From an uncultured virus (IMG/VR IMGVR_UViG_3300002839_000259) (taxonomy: Duplodnaviria > Heunggongvirae > Uroviricota > Caudoviricetes), in IMG/VR virus record IMGVR_UViG_3300002839_000259: a stretch of 54,833 nt of DNA; one strand, given 5' to 3'. The notes beneath the pieces are model-generated. The model did not search any database, had not been told where the DNA came from, and was given only the letters and a program-made list of their open reading frames with translations. Positions 39,912-50,460 of the stretch are shown one piece after another. The stretch's first letter is position 1; each line of letters opens with the position of its first letter. A program made the position numbers and the translations under genes.

Positions 39912-40244
39912 ATGATTTATTTATTTTGTGAAAACTGTAAAAGCAAAGAAGTGATCTATTCCGAAGAAGACACAGTAGCAGCTGGCGAAACCCGCTTCAT
40001 TTGCTGCGACTGCGGCAATGTTGCCGGACTAACAGATATTGGCTGGGCTGAAGAAAACTTTGTTCATGACGACAGTGATGACGCTGACATGTTCGACGAT
40101 ATGGATCAGGATGACCAGTCATATGCCTATGAAAATCAGGAAGATTCTGATGAAGATCTGGAACTTGAAGATCTTGAGATTGATGATGACAAATGCTACT
40201 CTGTCCCCTGTACCAAAGAGTTTCTCGATTATATCAAAAGATAA
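39912..40244 (+). CDS. Zn-ribbon protein with very acidic C-terminal half
   Basis: CENC...CCDCG then DDSDDADMFDDMDQDD...EDSDEDLELEDLEIDDD. Confidence 0.7.
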   Translation: MIYLFCENCKSKEVIYSEEDTVAAGETRFICCDCGNVAGLTDIGWAEENFVHDDSDDADMFDDMDQDDQSYAYENQEDSDEDLELEDLEIDDDKCYSVPCTKEFLDYIKR

Positions 40245-40389
40245 TACCCCTGATTGATCGTTTCTAATTTTACGAAAAAGGTACGCCAATTGGTGTGCCA
40301 TTTTTTTAAATCATGTATAATAGTATTTGCAATCACAGATTGCCGGTAGAATGTGTGACGAAAATCTAATAAGAAAAAGGGAGAATACT

Positions 40390-40683
40390 ATGTTCAAAAT
40401 TACTGAAATTGAAAACAATAAACAAAATAAATTGCTAACCAACAATCCAACCAATACGGAATTCAGAGCTACCGTCACATACTTCAAAGAAAGTGGCAAA
40501 TATTATACTGAAACTGAATTGATTATTTCAATTGATACAAGCGCCGATAATTATGATTTAATGCCCGCCATCATCGACTATCTTGAAGAAAAACATGGAT
40601 ATAAAGGTATGACAGCTGTTGTGACAACACCTGATAATCATCAATTAGGTCATCCTGTATTGGTGTCTTTTGACAAACGATAA
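40390..40683 (+). CDS. hypothetical protein (single-gene module)
   Basis: GGGAG RBS; flanked by duplicated terminator/motif blocks. Confidence 0.65.
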   Translation: MFKITEIENNKQNKLLTNNPTNTEFRATVTYFKESGKYYTETELIISIDTSADNYDLMPAIIDYLEEKHGYKGMTAVVTTPDNHQLGHPVLVSFDKR

Positions 40684-40834
40684 AACATTATATCAAAGTT
40701 GCGTATAGCAAAGGTATACCAATCGGTATACCTTTTTTTTAAAATCATATATAATAGTATTTGCAATCACGGATTGCCGGTGGCATGTTTAGCAAATAAA
40801 TATAAAATTAAAATATAGAAAGCGAGAAATAATT

Positions 40835-41110
40835 ATGATCCCCCGAATGCGTATTGCAAAAAAAATTGTTGAAGAAATAAGAGAGCTGGATCCCAACACG
40901 GGACTAAACGAAAGCAATGTCCGGCGTCTGGCAAAAGAAGGTTCAGTTCAGAGTGTTCAGGTCGGAAACAGGCTCTTGATAAATTTAGATTCTGTTATTG
41001 AATTCCTGAGCACGCCACCACCCGTGAAAATTGTTCAAACACGGGATGAAAAAAAGCGAATATCGTCCAATCGAATCAATGAATATAAAAAGAATATCGG
41101 AATAAAATAA
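40835..41110 (+). CDS. excisionase-like DNA-binding protein
   Basis: PRMR...I.ELDP.T.L....VRRL.KEG.V..VQVGNR.LINLD. Confidence 0.7.
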   Translation: MIPRMRIAKKIVEEIRELDPNTGLNESNVRRLAKEGSVQSVQVGNRLLINLDSVIEFLSTPPPVKIVQTRDEKKRISSNRINEYKKNIGIK

Positions 41111-41317
41111 TTTAATTATAAATCTCGTTGCAATGGCAAAACAGTTTGACCTTATTACTAAAATCCAAACTGTATAATTTTCAGATTAATTAGGGTCGCA
41201 TAGGCACATATCTTAACTAAGATGTGTGCATTTTTTTGATTGAAAAAGCAGGATCCCCGTGAGTGTTGTTGCCAACACCGGGCGTATTTAAAAATTAAAA
41301 AAAAGGGAGAACAGAAC

Positions 41318-42268
41318 ATGTACCCAACAATCAATCATGACGAAATCTATTTTTTACTCAATGTAAATGAAAACACACGCATCAAAATAGGTGACAAAAA
41401 GGATTTAATCAAGCATGTTGCCCGTATGATGGAGTATGACATGCGTCACCAACTGTGGGATGCACTGTACAAATGGGGTGTCAAGCGCTTTGAAAATGAA
41501 GTATTAGGTCGTGGTCAAAACGTAAATAATGTTTTCGCTGAGCAAAATCTGACGGGAAAAGATGGTTTTACTACGGTTACAACTAGTTATCAAACCATTT
41601 ATGATGACCCCGATGATTCTGAATCAAACCACAGATCATGCACCAACGTTTATACAAAACACTTGTACCCATATGTGTTTCATACTGAACAAGGCGCCAT
41701 ATTTGATATTCGCTTAATCATTGATGATATCAGAGCCTGTCTAATTAGCGGCGACTATAAATATTATCGGAATTTCAACTGGCGATATAACAGCCGACGA
41801 CGCAAATATGTATCTCATGGGTATTCACGCAGTTTCAAACTAAAAGAATTCAAGACCATGATTTCCTGTGAAGAACAGGGGGTCCATTACCGTCGCAAAG
41901 CTTTACCTCACGGTGGCCTAGATCCATGGGGCGACTACAAATCATCACGCCACAGCAACGGCTGGAAAGATAAAAGCAATAAAAAACAGTGGATGCACAA
42001 CGTTATAAATAAAAGACTCGAACCGTTATCGCTTGGTCGTGCTTATTTCAGAGATTATGAACTGAATCAAGAGCTTGAATCACTTGAGCTGGAAAATCAG
42101 ATTGACACTCAAATTGAAAGCATTTATGATGCAAAATCGGCTGTTATCATAAACGACAGTCGTGTCAATATTTTTGACAAAATTTTTAACACCGACACCA
42201 TCATAAGTCTTTACGGCAGCAAATCAGTAATTGTTTTGATTGAACCACAAGAGTCACAACTGATTTAA
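41318..42268 (+). CDS. hypothetical protein
   Basis: GGGAG RBS after variant hairpin-CGG motif. Confidence 0.7.
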   Translation: MYPTINHDEIYFLLNVNENTRIKIGDKKDLIKHVARMMEYDMRHQLWDALYKWGVKRFENEVLGRGQNVNNVFAEQNLTGKDGFTTVTTSYQTIYDDPDDSESNHRSCTNVYTKHLYPYVFHTEQGAIFDIRLIIDDIRACLISGDYKYYRNFNWRYNSRRRKYVSHGYSRSFKLKEFKTMISCEEQGVHYRRKALPHGGLDPWGDYKSSRHSNGWKDKSNKKQWMHNVINKRLEPLSLGRAYFRDYELNQELESLELENQIDTQIESIYDAKSAVIINDSRVNIFDKIFNTDTIISLYGSKSVIVLIEPQESQLI

Positions 42269-42329
42269 CTATAGTCAAATGGAGCGGGTCACCCGCTCCA
42301 AAATATAATCAAGAAAGCGAGAAATTATT

Positions 42330-42728
42330 ATGTCAAAAAAGATCTATAATATTGAAATTTCCGAAATCATCAAAACAATTGTGTCAATTAGAGCCGAATC
42401 ATCGGATGACGCCCTCAATATTGCCGACAAGCGATATCCTGATGCGATTACATTGACTGTTGATACGGATAAATCAAACAGCAAATACAACACCATTAGT
42501 GACGTTAGTGACATCTTTGGTGATGCCATTAGTGAAAATGACATCATCGAAAATCATTATGATGCCAATGGGACACTTTATGTTGTAAAATGGTCTGAAA
42601 AAGACGCAAGATATTTGGCTACGCCAGAAATTGGCGATCCAACTCCTCTCGTACGTTTCAAATACCCACTCACTCTTGGTAAACTGACTAACACTAACAA
42701 AACCCTGGCACAAAATCTTGAATTTTAA
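42330..42728 (+). CDS. DpnD/PcfM-like N-terminus with YopX-like C-terminus
   Basis: YNIEISE.I...VSIRAES.DDA; D..G..I.ENDII...YVVKW. Confidence 0.5.
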   Translation: MSKKIYNIEISEIIKTIVSIRAESSDDALNIADKRYPDAITLTVDTDKSNSKYNTISDVSDIFGDAISENDIIENHYDANGTLYVVKWSEKDARYLATPEIGDPTPLVRFKYPLTLGKLTNTNKTLAQNLEF

Positions 42729-42758
42729 AAAAATAGTTAACTGAGAAAGTGAGAAACC

Positions 42759-43439
42759 ATGCTACGATTATCAAGTGAAAACTTTGCCGAATTTGAAAAA
42801 ATTGGAACGATACTCCTCAGCGAAAAAGTCTTTGTTGCCGATTTGTGCCGAAATACAACTGAAAAATATACAAAGACACTTGAAAACATCAAACCGGGTC
42901 GTTACAACGTCTTTATTTATGAGATTAACGATGCACCTTACGGTGATCGCGTTATGGCACAATTACTGATCCATGAAAAGTCCCAATTCACCGAAAACTT
43001 TGAGCTGGTATCGACAATGATCGACGTCGACTCCGGTGTGTGCGGTATTTCCGACTATGACTTTTTCGTCAGCACAATTGAGAATAATTCTGATATCGTG
43101 TATGAAAAACTAAGCTCCCGGGTAAAAAATCCGGATTACATGACTGACCTGGCATATTTGCGAAAAATCGGTAATCCCAACGATAGCGAAGAAATCATTG
43201 ACGGTCACATGATCGATTATTGGAATAATATTTTATTGTCAAATCCATTAATTCAAAAATACGAACGCGCAGCCATCTCCGAGCAATCTGTCTTTACTTT
43301 TTCCGGCTACGGCGATGGCACCTACGATGTTGGGATTACCAAAAACGATAATCAAATCGACTCAATATTACTTAATTTCGGACTCGATGACGAAATGCTT
43401 ATAAACGACGATTCAAACGAATGTCAAATTATTTTTTAA
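42759..43439 (+). CDS. DUF4241-like protein
   Basis: IDVDSGVCGISD and SGYGDGTY.V motifs. Confidence 0.65.
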   Translation: MLRLSSENFAEFEKIGTILLSEKVFVADLCRNTTEKYTKTLENIKPGRYNVFIYEINDAPYGDRVMAQLLIHEKSQFTENFELVSTMIDVDSGVCGISDYDFFVSTIENNSDIVYEKLSSRVKNPDYMTDLAYLRKIGNPNDSEEIIDGHMIDYWNNILLSNPLIQKYERAAISEQSVFTFSGYGDGTYDVGITKNDNQIDSILLNFGLDDEMLINDDSNECQIIF

Positions 43440-43460
43440 TAAGAAAGTGAGAAATCAATT

Positions 43461-43796
43461 ATGCAAATTATCAATTTATCGTTAAACCCCAAACAGGTCA
43501 AAGCCGTAATAGCTGCACTTGAACATGCTTATAAAAAACTTATTGACAATGATCGCAGCCTGGCCGCAGATAGGTGTCAGGATATGATTATCGACATCAA
43601 TGCACAAAAAGACAAAACATCTACCACCACTGCAATTATTTTAAAATTAACAGGTGGTCGAACCGATAGCCTCGTATATGCCCTCAAAGTCGCTAAATAT
43701 GAAAACATAATAACCGATCAGTGCGACGAAATTATTGAAGATCTAACAACGCTGTCAATGATCCGTCGCGGCATCATTAGAAAAAAATATGATTGA
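43461..43796 (+). CDS. hypothetical protein, family D
   Basis: Tandem paralog of 43867 N-terminus. Confidence 0.75.
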   Translation: MQIINLSLNPKQVKAVIAALEHAYKKLIDNDRSLAADRCQDMIIDINAQKDKTSTTTAIILKLTGGRTDSLVYALKVAKYENIITDQCDEIIEDLTTLSMIRRGIIRKKYD

Positions 43797-43866
43797 TTTT
43801 GAGCAAATAGAACCACATTACCTGTCGGGTCAAAAATAATATTAAATACAAGAAAGTGAGAATATC

Positions 43867-44583
43867 ATGTCAATTATCAATTTATCGCTATATCCCAAAC
43901 AGATTAAAGCCATAGAGTTGGCCCTCCGACACACAAACGATGTGCTCATAAGTGAAGGTCATTGCAATGAAGCAATCATATATCAAGATATGATTAAAGA
44001 TGTTGATCATATCAACATACCTGACAACACGATCAGTTTAAAATTATCCGGTGGCCGAACACAAGCACTCAAATGTGCCCTAAAAGTCGCTCAAAACGAA
44101 AATATAATGCCCGACATATGCGAAGCGCTCATCGAAGAAATAACATATCAAGCAAACACTGCTATGTTTATATTAAATGATGTAACCGAAAGCGAAACTA
44201 AAATTGATGACGTAAAACAACCTGATATTAGAATCAGCAAAACCTATGATGACGCAACACGACCTAGTATCAAAGTCAGCAAAGTCATGATTAGACATAA
44301 ACAACTGTTTTTAGAAGTCATTACGTCTGAAAACATCCAGGCTGACAACATCGTGAAAACTTCTTTTTCCCCCGACGGAGAAACACATTATTTCAATATC
44401 CTTGAAACAGAAACAGCACATAATTCTAAAAACAAGGTGAAGATAAAAGGTCTGGCACAAGAATGCGGCAAGTCACGGAGCCTCCTGAAGCACGATGCGT
44501 TTGATATCCGGGATTTGCTAAAATACAACGTTGAGATCATATCCGATCCTGAAATAACTTATCAAATACGCAGCGGCTATTAA
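43867..44583 (+). CDS. hypothetical protein, family D with C-terminal extension
   Basis: IINLSL.PKQ.KA...LKL.GGRT..L..ALKVA. Confidence 0.75.
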   Translation: MSIINLSLYPKQIKAIELALRHTNDVLISEGHCNEAIIYQDMIKDVDHINIPDNTISLKLSGGRTQALKCALKVAQNENIMPDICEALIEEITYQANTAMFILNDVTESETKIDDVKQPDIRISKTYDDATRPSIKVSKVMIRHKQLFLEVITSENIQADNIVKTSFSPDGETHYFNILETETAHNSKNKVKIKGLAQECGKSRSLLKHDAFDIRDLLKYNVEIISDPEITYQIRSGY

Positions 44584-44651
44584 AAATAACAGAAAGTGAG
44601 TAAATATGTCAAATCAAAATATAATTAAAATAAGAAAGTGAACATAAAAAC

Positions 44652-44921
44652 ATGAATGAAGAAAAAACAGCGATCATCTGCATAGATGGTCAAAACCGTG
44701 TAACACTGACCGATGAACAGATCGAAGCCATTTATCGCATGCAGCGTAATGCGTACCAATTGATGGACGTCAAAGCTCACTGTGAAGATTATACACTCGA
44801 CGAGGTGCCAACCGACGACGATTATCAAGGCATGGTCAATATGTTTAACGACAAGCATGACTGCAATATTGCGGAGAATGATCTCTGGGAGGCAGCCATT
44901 GAGACATACCTTGAAATGTGA
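44652..44921 (+). CDS. small acidic hypothetical protein
   Basis: ORF with RBS. Confidence 0.65.
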   Translation: MNEEKTAIICIDGQNRVTLTDEQIEAIYRMQRNAYQLMDVKAHCEDYTLDEVPTDDDYQGMVNMFNDKHDCNIAENDLWEAAIETYLEM

Positions 44922-44958
44922 TTTAATTGCAAAACATAAAAGAAAGTGAGTAAAAATA

Positions 44959-45312
44959 ATGTCAAAATATTATTATGGATTTGAGTTGTCTGAAAATACA
45001 AAACAAACAGAATCTCAAGTGAAAGAAAAACTGCGAATTCTATTAAAACAAAAAGAACTAGACGATCAAGTTTTTGATCAGGCGTCAAACAATGCTGATG
45101 TGATTGTTAAAAATGAATTTGATAAAATATGGGTTGAAGATATCTTCACTGATATATCAACGCTGATTCCTGGAGCATTGTTATACCTGGATGTTTACAC
45201 CGATGAAAATGAAATTTATCGAATGTATGCGCAAAACGGTGAGAGACAATATATTGATGCCACTATCAGTTTTAAAAAACCGTCGAAATCTCCAGCTGAC
45301 TGGGTGTCATAA
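44959..45312 (+). CDS. hypothetical protein, paralog family A
   Basis: MSKYYYGF...DIS..IP...LY.DVY...NGERQY.DATI.F. Confidence 0.75.
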   Translation: MSKYYYGFELSENTKQTESQVKEKLRILLKQKELDDQVFDQASNNADVIVKNEFDKIWVEDIFTDISTLIPGALLYLDVYTDENEIYRMYAQNGERQYIDATISFKKPSKSPADWVS

Positions 45313-45329
45313 AAAACAACCTTCAAGTG

Positions 45330-45571
45330 CCTGTGTATGGTCATCCAAAGGGGTAGTGTTTGACGAAACCATTATTGCGGCTGAAGATCGGGCACTAATT
45401 AATACTGTAATTAAAGATGCCCGTGATTATTCGAACAGCACGCTTGTGGACATCACCCGGAAGCAGACTCCGTGGCTAAATAGTTATTCAAAAAACAAAA
45501 CGAATGTCATCAGTACACAGTTGATTAGACATTATTTTTTAGAAAAAAATAAATTAAGAAAGGGAAATTAA
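45330..45571 (+). pseudogene. C-terminal remnant of a second Panacea/SocA-like gene
   Basis: LINTVI....DYS.S.LVDIT.KQTPW..SY.....NVIS...IR.YF; no proper start. Confidence 0.55.
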
Positions 45572-45575
45572 AACA

Positions 45576-45923
45576 ATGAATCATAACGAATTAGCATCTC
45601 TTATGCCTCTGGACAAACCTGAACTGACAAGAGTTCAAGTCGACGCATTTATTGATTATATTAACGACAACGCCGGAGGTTTCACCGTTTTTTGCGAACA
45701 ATATGACAACGGCGACTATATTCTTGCCGACATAGAAGACAGTGTCAACAGCGTACACGTCTACAGCAAAACAAATTGCATCAAAAATAAAGCCGTTTGT
45801 TTGGACTTCAGTTTTCCCGTCGAATTGAATATTTGTGGTGAAATTATTGAAATAAATGACGATTTTATCGAAATTATTGCGAACATGCTGGAGAACGAAT
45901 TTGGCTTCAATATGATTATATAA
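45576..45923 (+). CDS. acidic hypothetical protein
   Basis: ORF with RBS. Confidence 0.65.
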   Translation: MNHNELASLMPLDKPELTRVQVDAFIDYINDNAGGFTVFCEQYDNGDYILADIEDSVNSVHVYSKTNCIKNKAVCLDFSFPVELNICGEIIEINDDFIEIIANMLENEFGFNMII

Positions 45924-46160
45924 TATGGTATTGCGACAGCTGTTTTTTCAGATGTCTTTTTAAAAAATAAGAAAGTGAGAAAATCATGACAATTGAAGAA
46001 GCTCAAAAAAGAATGGACACCGATGCAAAATTTCAGTCTTTTGTCGAAATATACTGCATGATGCAAATGCATGATACCCGAGAAAATATTGATTTAGATA
46101 CAATTCTTCCGGAATTGGTCAATGTCTATGATTCACTAAAATAAGAAAGTGAGCAAAAAT

Positions 46161-46979
46161 ATGACTCAATTTATCCAAATCGCAATCGATGGTCCGGCCG
46201 CTGCCGGAAAAAGCACCCTGGCGAAACAAATTGCCGAAAACTATGGTTTTACCTATTTAGATACAGGCGCCATGTACAGGTGCGTCGCCTATCAGGTGCT
46301 GCAAAATTTTAGCGCCTGGCCCAACAACAACGCGATCATTCGTGTTGCCGACGAAACCGAGATTCGATTTGTTAATCAACAAATCATCTGCAATAAGCAA
46401 AATATCACTGAGTTCATTCGCACCCAAGCAGTCTCCCAGGGCGCATCCGATGTGGCTGTAATTAAAGGTGTCAGGCAAATACTGGTGGCGCAACAACAAG
46501 AGTATGCCAAAGCGACTTCTGTTGTTATGGAAGGCCGTGATATCGGATCGGTTGTACTTCCGAATGCAGATCTTAAGTTTTATTTAACAGCTGATATCAA
46601 TGAACGTGCACTCAGGCGCAAAAAAGAAAACGGCGAAAAAGATTTGCATGATATAATCATTGATATTCAAAAACGCGACGACAATGACCGCAATCGAGCC
46701 GATGATCCGCTGATTATTGTCGATGATGCGATTGTCATCGATAATACTGACAAAACAATTGAAGCCGTTTATGCTGAGATGCAACAGCATATTGATTTAA
46801 AAATCAAAGAAAAAGCAGATGCTTTGTGGCACTTTGCAACACATCACTATGCGTCAAAAGACTTTCCTGGTGCGGCATCACGAAGTGGCGTACTTCGTGC
46901 TGAAGCGATGAGCAAAACCACCAGAGAGACCTATTTTACAGCAAGCGATCTCATCGATAAGATGTCGTCAGAAAATTAA
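46161..46979 (+). CDS. cmk: cytidylate kinase with C-terminal extension
   Basis: IAIDGPAAAGKST, YLDTGAMYR, VMEGRDIGSVVLP.A.LK.YLTA...RA.RR, RD.ND.NR...PL. Confidence 0.95.
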   Translation: MTQFIQIAIDGPAAAGKSTLAKQIAENYGFTYLDTGAMYRCVAYQVLQNFSAWPNNNAIIRVADETEIRFVNQQIICNKQNITEFIRTQAVSQGASDVAVIKGVRQILVAQQQEYAKATSVVMEGRDIGSVVLPNADLKFYLTADINERALRRKKENGEKDLHDIIIDIQKRDDNDRNRADDPLIIVDDAIVIDNTDKTIEAVYAEMQQHIDLKIKEKADALWHFATHHYASKDFPGAASRSGVLRAEAMSKTTRETYFTASDLIDKMSSEN

Positions 46980-47033
46980 GAAAGTGCACACCCAAAAAAA
47001 TATATTATTGTTTAAGAAAGCGAGAAAATAATC

Positions 47034-47744
47034 ATGCCAACTCAAAAATTAAACACAATTGACGAAATCGTAGACTGGATTAAAAACCAATTATCTCGAT
47101 TAGAAAAGACAGGCGACAATTTGTACAAACGCTGTGAGAGAATTGAGCGAAATAACCAAAACGATGAAAGATTATACCACATGCATATAAAAAGCGATGA
47201 AAACAAAACTAAACAAGCCGTTCTATCCGCATTGTTGAAAAAAATCAACACACAGACACCTGAAATTAAACTCGATCCGAAGATTGAAGCGAAGCTTCGT
47301 AAAATCAATGATTTAAAAAATGAATACCAAATGTTGCAAAACGACGTTGCCGATTATTTTATAGGAACAATATCGGATGAGACTAACCGTGGTGAAAACA
47401 TTGGAATTGAAATAATCGATCACACAGTTACTGATATTGATACTTCAAGTAATAGTAATGACATCAACTATAGTCGGCGCCCTATAATCTATTCAAAAGA
47501 CTTGCCGAACAATGCGAAAACAGAAAAAAACATAATCAATGATGAACCGGTTGTTATTGCCAAAAAAGCAATCATACGTAATGTCAAAGGCCAACAGATT
47601 GACGTCATCCGAGATGTTATCAAAAAAACAGAATGCGCTGATGATCGCATACTAATAACAACAAACACCGACGTTATTCAGGTGCCAAAAGGGTGTATAA
47701 TCACATATGCAGTCAACGACATCGCGGAAAATCAAATATCATAA
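47034..47744 (+). CDS. hypothetical protein
   Basis: ORF with RBS. Confidence 0.65.
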   Translation: MPTQKLNTIDEIVDWIKNQLSRLEKTGDNLYKRCERIERNNQNDERLYHMHIKSDENKTKQAVLSALLKKINTQTPEIKLDPKIEAKLRKINDLKNEYQMLQNDVADYFIGTISDETNRGENIGIEIIDHTVTDIDTSSNSNDINYSRRPIIYSKDLPNNAKTEKNIINDEPVVIAKKAIIRNVKGQQIDVIRDVIKKTECADDRILITTNTDVIQVPKGCIITYAVNDIAENQIS

Positions 47745-48572
47745 AAAACTATACAAACTGGGTAACTGCTAATAAAGTATTCAAACATATATCAGGCGAT
47801 GACAGAGATGAAATCAAAAATATCATTTTGATCAAAGAAAGCGATCATTGAAAAACACGGTGGACTGGCGTGAGTCAGTGAAAATAAAATAAGAAAGTGG
47901 TAGCAACATGTGTGAAATTATTATTCTGGTGATATCGCATCCGATGGGAAGCCGGACATATTACGAATTCAGATCTTACGCCGATTTTATGGCATCATTT
48001 GAGTTTATCAAAGAAAACACCTATTTGCAAAGTGCAATCCTCAAGGGTAAATTCTGGGAGGAAAGTAAGAATTTTGACAAACTCAAAGCTAAAATCAAAA
48101 GGATGCATTGGTAATCCAATAGCAATATGAGGAGAAAACTATGATGCAAGCAAAAGGTGTCAGCGACACGTCTAACAATACAATGAAGCGCATTGTATCG
48201 AATAATCTGATACATTACATGCACCTCAACAATAAAATCCAAAAAGATATTATCAATGATTTGAAATTCGACAAGTCGGCTGTTTCATCGTGGATCAATG
48301 CAACTAAACTACCTCCCTGATTTAAATAATTATTAATTAAAAATAGAAAGTGAAGATAAAGTATGAATGAAAAAAACAACCATGTAATTACAGAAAAAAC
48401 ATTGAGTCTTGATAACCTTGACACTGAAAATATTAAAGTATCGGTTCCTGACGTTGATTTTGACGAAACAGAAAATATGAGTGATGATGAATTATTTGAC
48501 GCAATAATGACAATACGCAATCGATTACCAGAAAAACCATAAAAATAATCTTAAGAAAGTTGAGAATATAAA

Positions 48573-49475
48573 ATGTCTATTGAAAATTTAGCCGAACTAA
48601 AAGAGATGATCGCTGACAAAAAAGAATTTCGAATCATTGATCACCACCGGATCGAACGTATTGGTCATATTGAAAAGCCAAATGTCGTCCAAGACGATGG
48701 TTTTTATGCTATCCGACCGTTGGCACTAGACTCTAGGGAATCACAAGTCAACAACGGACAAGGTGTCTGGCTCGATTACGGCGATGCAACAGATTGGGAA
48801 TTCAACGACGATGTTTGCACACTATATACACACCCGTTGAAAACAAAAAACTCCAAATTCAAACAAGTGATCATGTCTTTTGTCTTTCTTGAGGACAAAA
48901 ATATTTGCTGTGGCTCCTGCAAACACATGGTTTTACAACACGAAATCGAACCTACTTGCGCAAAATTAAACAAGCTCGTAACCTACGATCACGTTTGTGA
49001 ACAATATCGGGCACCATCCGAAAAAACTAAATTTACAATGCTGATAGGTATTCCTTTTAGTGGCAAAACGGCCTGGGCTAAAACACAAGAAGGCAACGAT
49101 TATTCACAAAACATTATTCAAAAAGAACATGACACCCGCATATTGAGTCAAATCGAAAAACCAGAAATATTTGAACAACTATATCGAACGATGCGTTCAG
49201 ATTTACAATCAGGTCGCGATGTCATCTTTAACGCCATGAATCTTACGATCAAAGAACGCAAGCTGTTTCTTGATCAAATCCAAAACCTTGATGTACAAAA
49301 AACAGCCGTCGTTATGTCTGTTAAATTAAGTGAATCCGTTCAACGCTGTGATGAATCGGGCAATATAATCGACAAAAAAATGCTACATGAACTATATCAT
49401 CAATTTGAACAACCGAAAAAGACCGAAGGCTTCGATCAAGTATATTATTTCCATGAAGGTCGGTTAAAACTATAA
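48573..49475 (+). CDS. protein with C-terminal P-loop kinase (polynucleotide kinase/AAA_33-like) domain
   Basis: MLIGIPFSGKTAWA, DVIFNA.NL...R, FE.P...EGFD. Confidence 0.7.
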   Translation: MSIENLAELKEMIADKKEFRIIDHHRIERIGHIEKPNVVQDDGFYAIRPLALDSRESQVNNGQGVWLDYGDATDWEFNDDVCTLYTHPLKTKNSKFKQVIMSFVFLEDKNICCGSCKHMVLQHEIEPTCAKLNKLVTYDHVCEQYRAPSEKTKFTMLIGIPFSGKTAWAKTQEGNDYSQNIIQKEHDTRILSQIEKPEIFEQLYRTMRSDLQSGRDVIFNAMNLTIKERKLFLDQIQNLDVQKTAVVMSVKLSESVQRCDESGNIIDKKMLHELYHQFEQPKKTEGFDQVYYFHEGRLKL

Positions 49476-49666
49476 TCTTAAGAAAGACATCAGAGATAAA
49501 TAATATTAGAGCATTTGCTTCGGCAGGTGCTCTTTTTTTATAATTAAATCGACATGTGTCTACCGTACCACAGTTAGCACGCGGGTGCGTGCCGGTAGCA
49601 TATTTGATAAGAAAAATGTTATAATTAAATTTATAAGCAACAATAAGAAAGTTGAGAAAATAAATT

Positions 49667-50041
49667 ATGAATGATTATATTGTAACAAAAATTGATGGAG
49701 ATAAACGATACGACCAATTAATTTCACTGACGGACTATGAAATTCCTATTACGACCAGCATCAAAACAATCAAACTGCCTAACTGCGCTAACAAAATGGT
49801 ACTGATTGATACATCCTTGTGCTCTGGAATAACACCCTATCGGTTCATTGAAACAACAGTAGATGAATGTGGTACAATGAATTTGAGCCAACACCACTAC
49901 GTAAGATCGGGTCTTGACCCCAACGTGGTTACGCTTGCCAACAAAGTGTTGGCAGAAAATAAAATTCATATCGACAGTTCAATACTAACGACATCACAAA
50001 TCAAAAAAGTAATAAACAATACGGCGTCACAAAATACTTGA
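49667..50041 (+). CDS. RnlB-like antitoxin, orphan
   Basis: T.YE.P, VLID..L.SG...RF, SSIL...QI.KV pattern aligns by eye with E. coli RnlB (TGFENPL, ILFDLLCANG...RF, ASVLS...VRQV). Confidence 0.6.
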   Translation: MNDYIVTKIDGDKRYDQLISLTDYEIPITTSIKTIKLPNCANKMVLIDTSLCSGITPYRFIETTVDECGTMNLSQHHYVRSGLDPNVVTLANKVLAENKIHIDSSILTTSQIKKVINNTASQNT

Positions 50042-50308
50042 TGTTAGCCAAAAATAAATTAATAGAAAGTTGAGACACCACTATGTCAAATTTAGAAAAT
50101 GTCATATTCATAGATAATAACACTGACGTACCAGTAAAAGTGTTTGATCCAAAAGATTTTATCAAGGCTGCACAAAAAAGTAACATTGATCCGGAAGATA
50201 TAAATGCAGCTATTGCTATGATTGAAAAACTAAGACGTGCAAATTAGAGAATATAAAAAACAGGGCGAGCAGGCATCTGCCTGCCGGGTAAAAGTTTGAT
50301 AAATCATT

Positions 50309-50378
50309 GTTCTAGTAGCTCAATTGGAAAGAGCATTCGTCAAAGAGAAGTCGTCGGTTCGAGACCGACCCTTAGTAA
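50309..50378 (+). ncRNA. tRNA-like RNA 1 (D and T arms intact; anticodon arm and acceptor stem degenerate)
   Basis: TAGCTCAATTGGAAAGAGC and GTCGG-TTCGAGA-CCGAC. Confidence 0.6.
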
Positions 50379-50450
50379 TTTTTGGTAGCTTAGTAGGTTA
50401 AAGCTCTCGGGATGCGAAAAAGATATTGGTTCGAATCCAGTGCGGAAAAA
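50379..50450 (+). ncRNA. tRNA-like RNA 2 (D and T arms intact; anticodon arm degenerate)
   Basis: TAGCTTAGTAGGTTAAAGC and ATTGG-TTCGAAT-CCAGT. Confidence 0.55.
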
Positions 50451-50460
50451 TATTTATCAC

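Noticed and set aside
50309..50450. Calling these functional tRNA genes
   Set aside because: No 5-bp/7-nt anticodon arm and poor acceptor stems; no anticodon can be assigned
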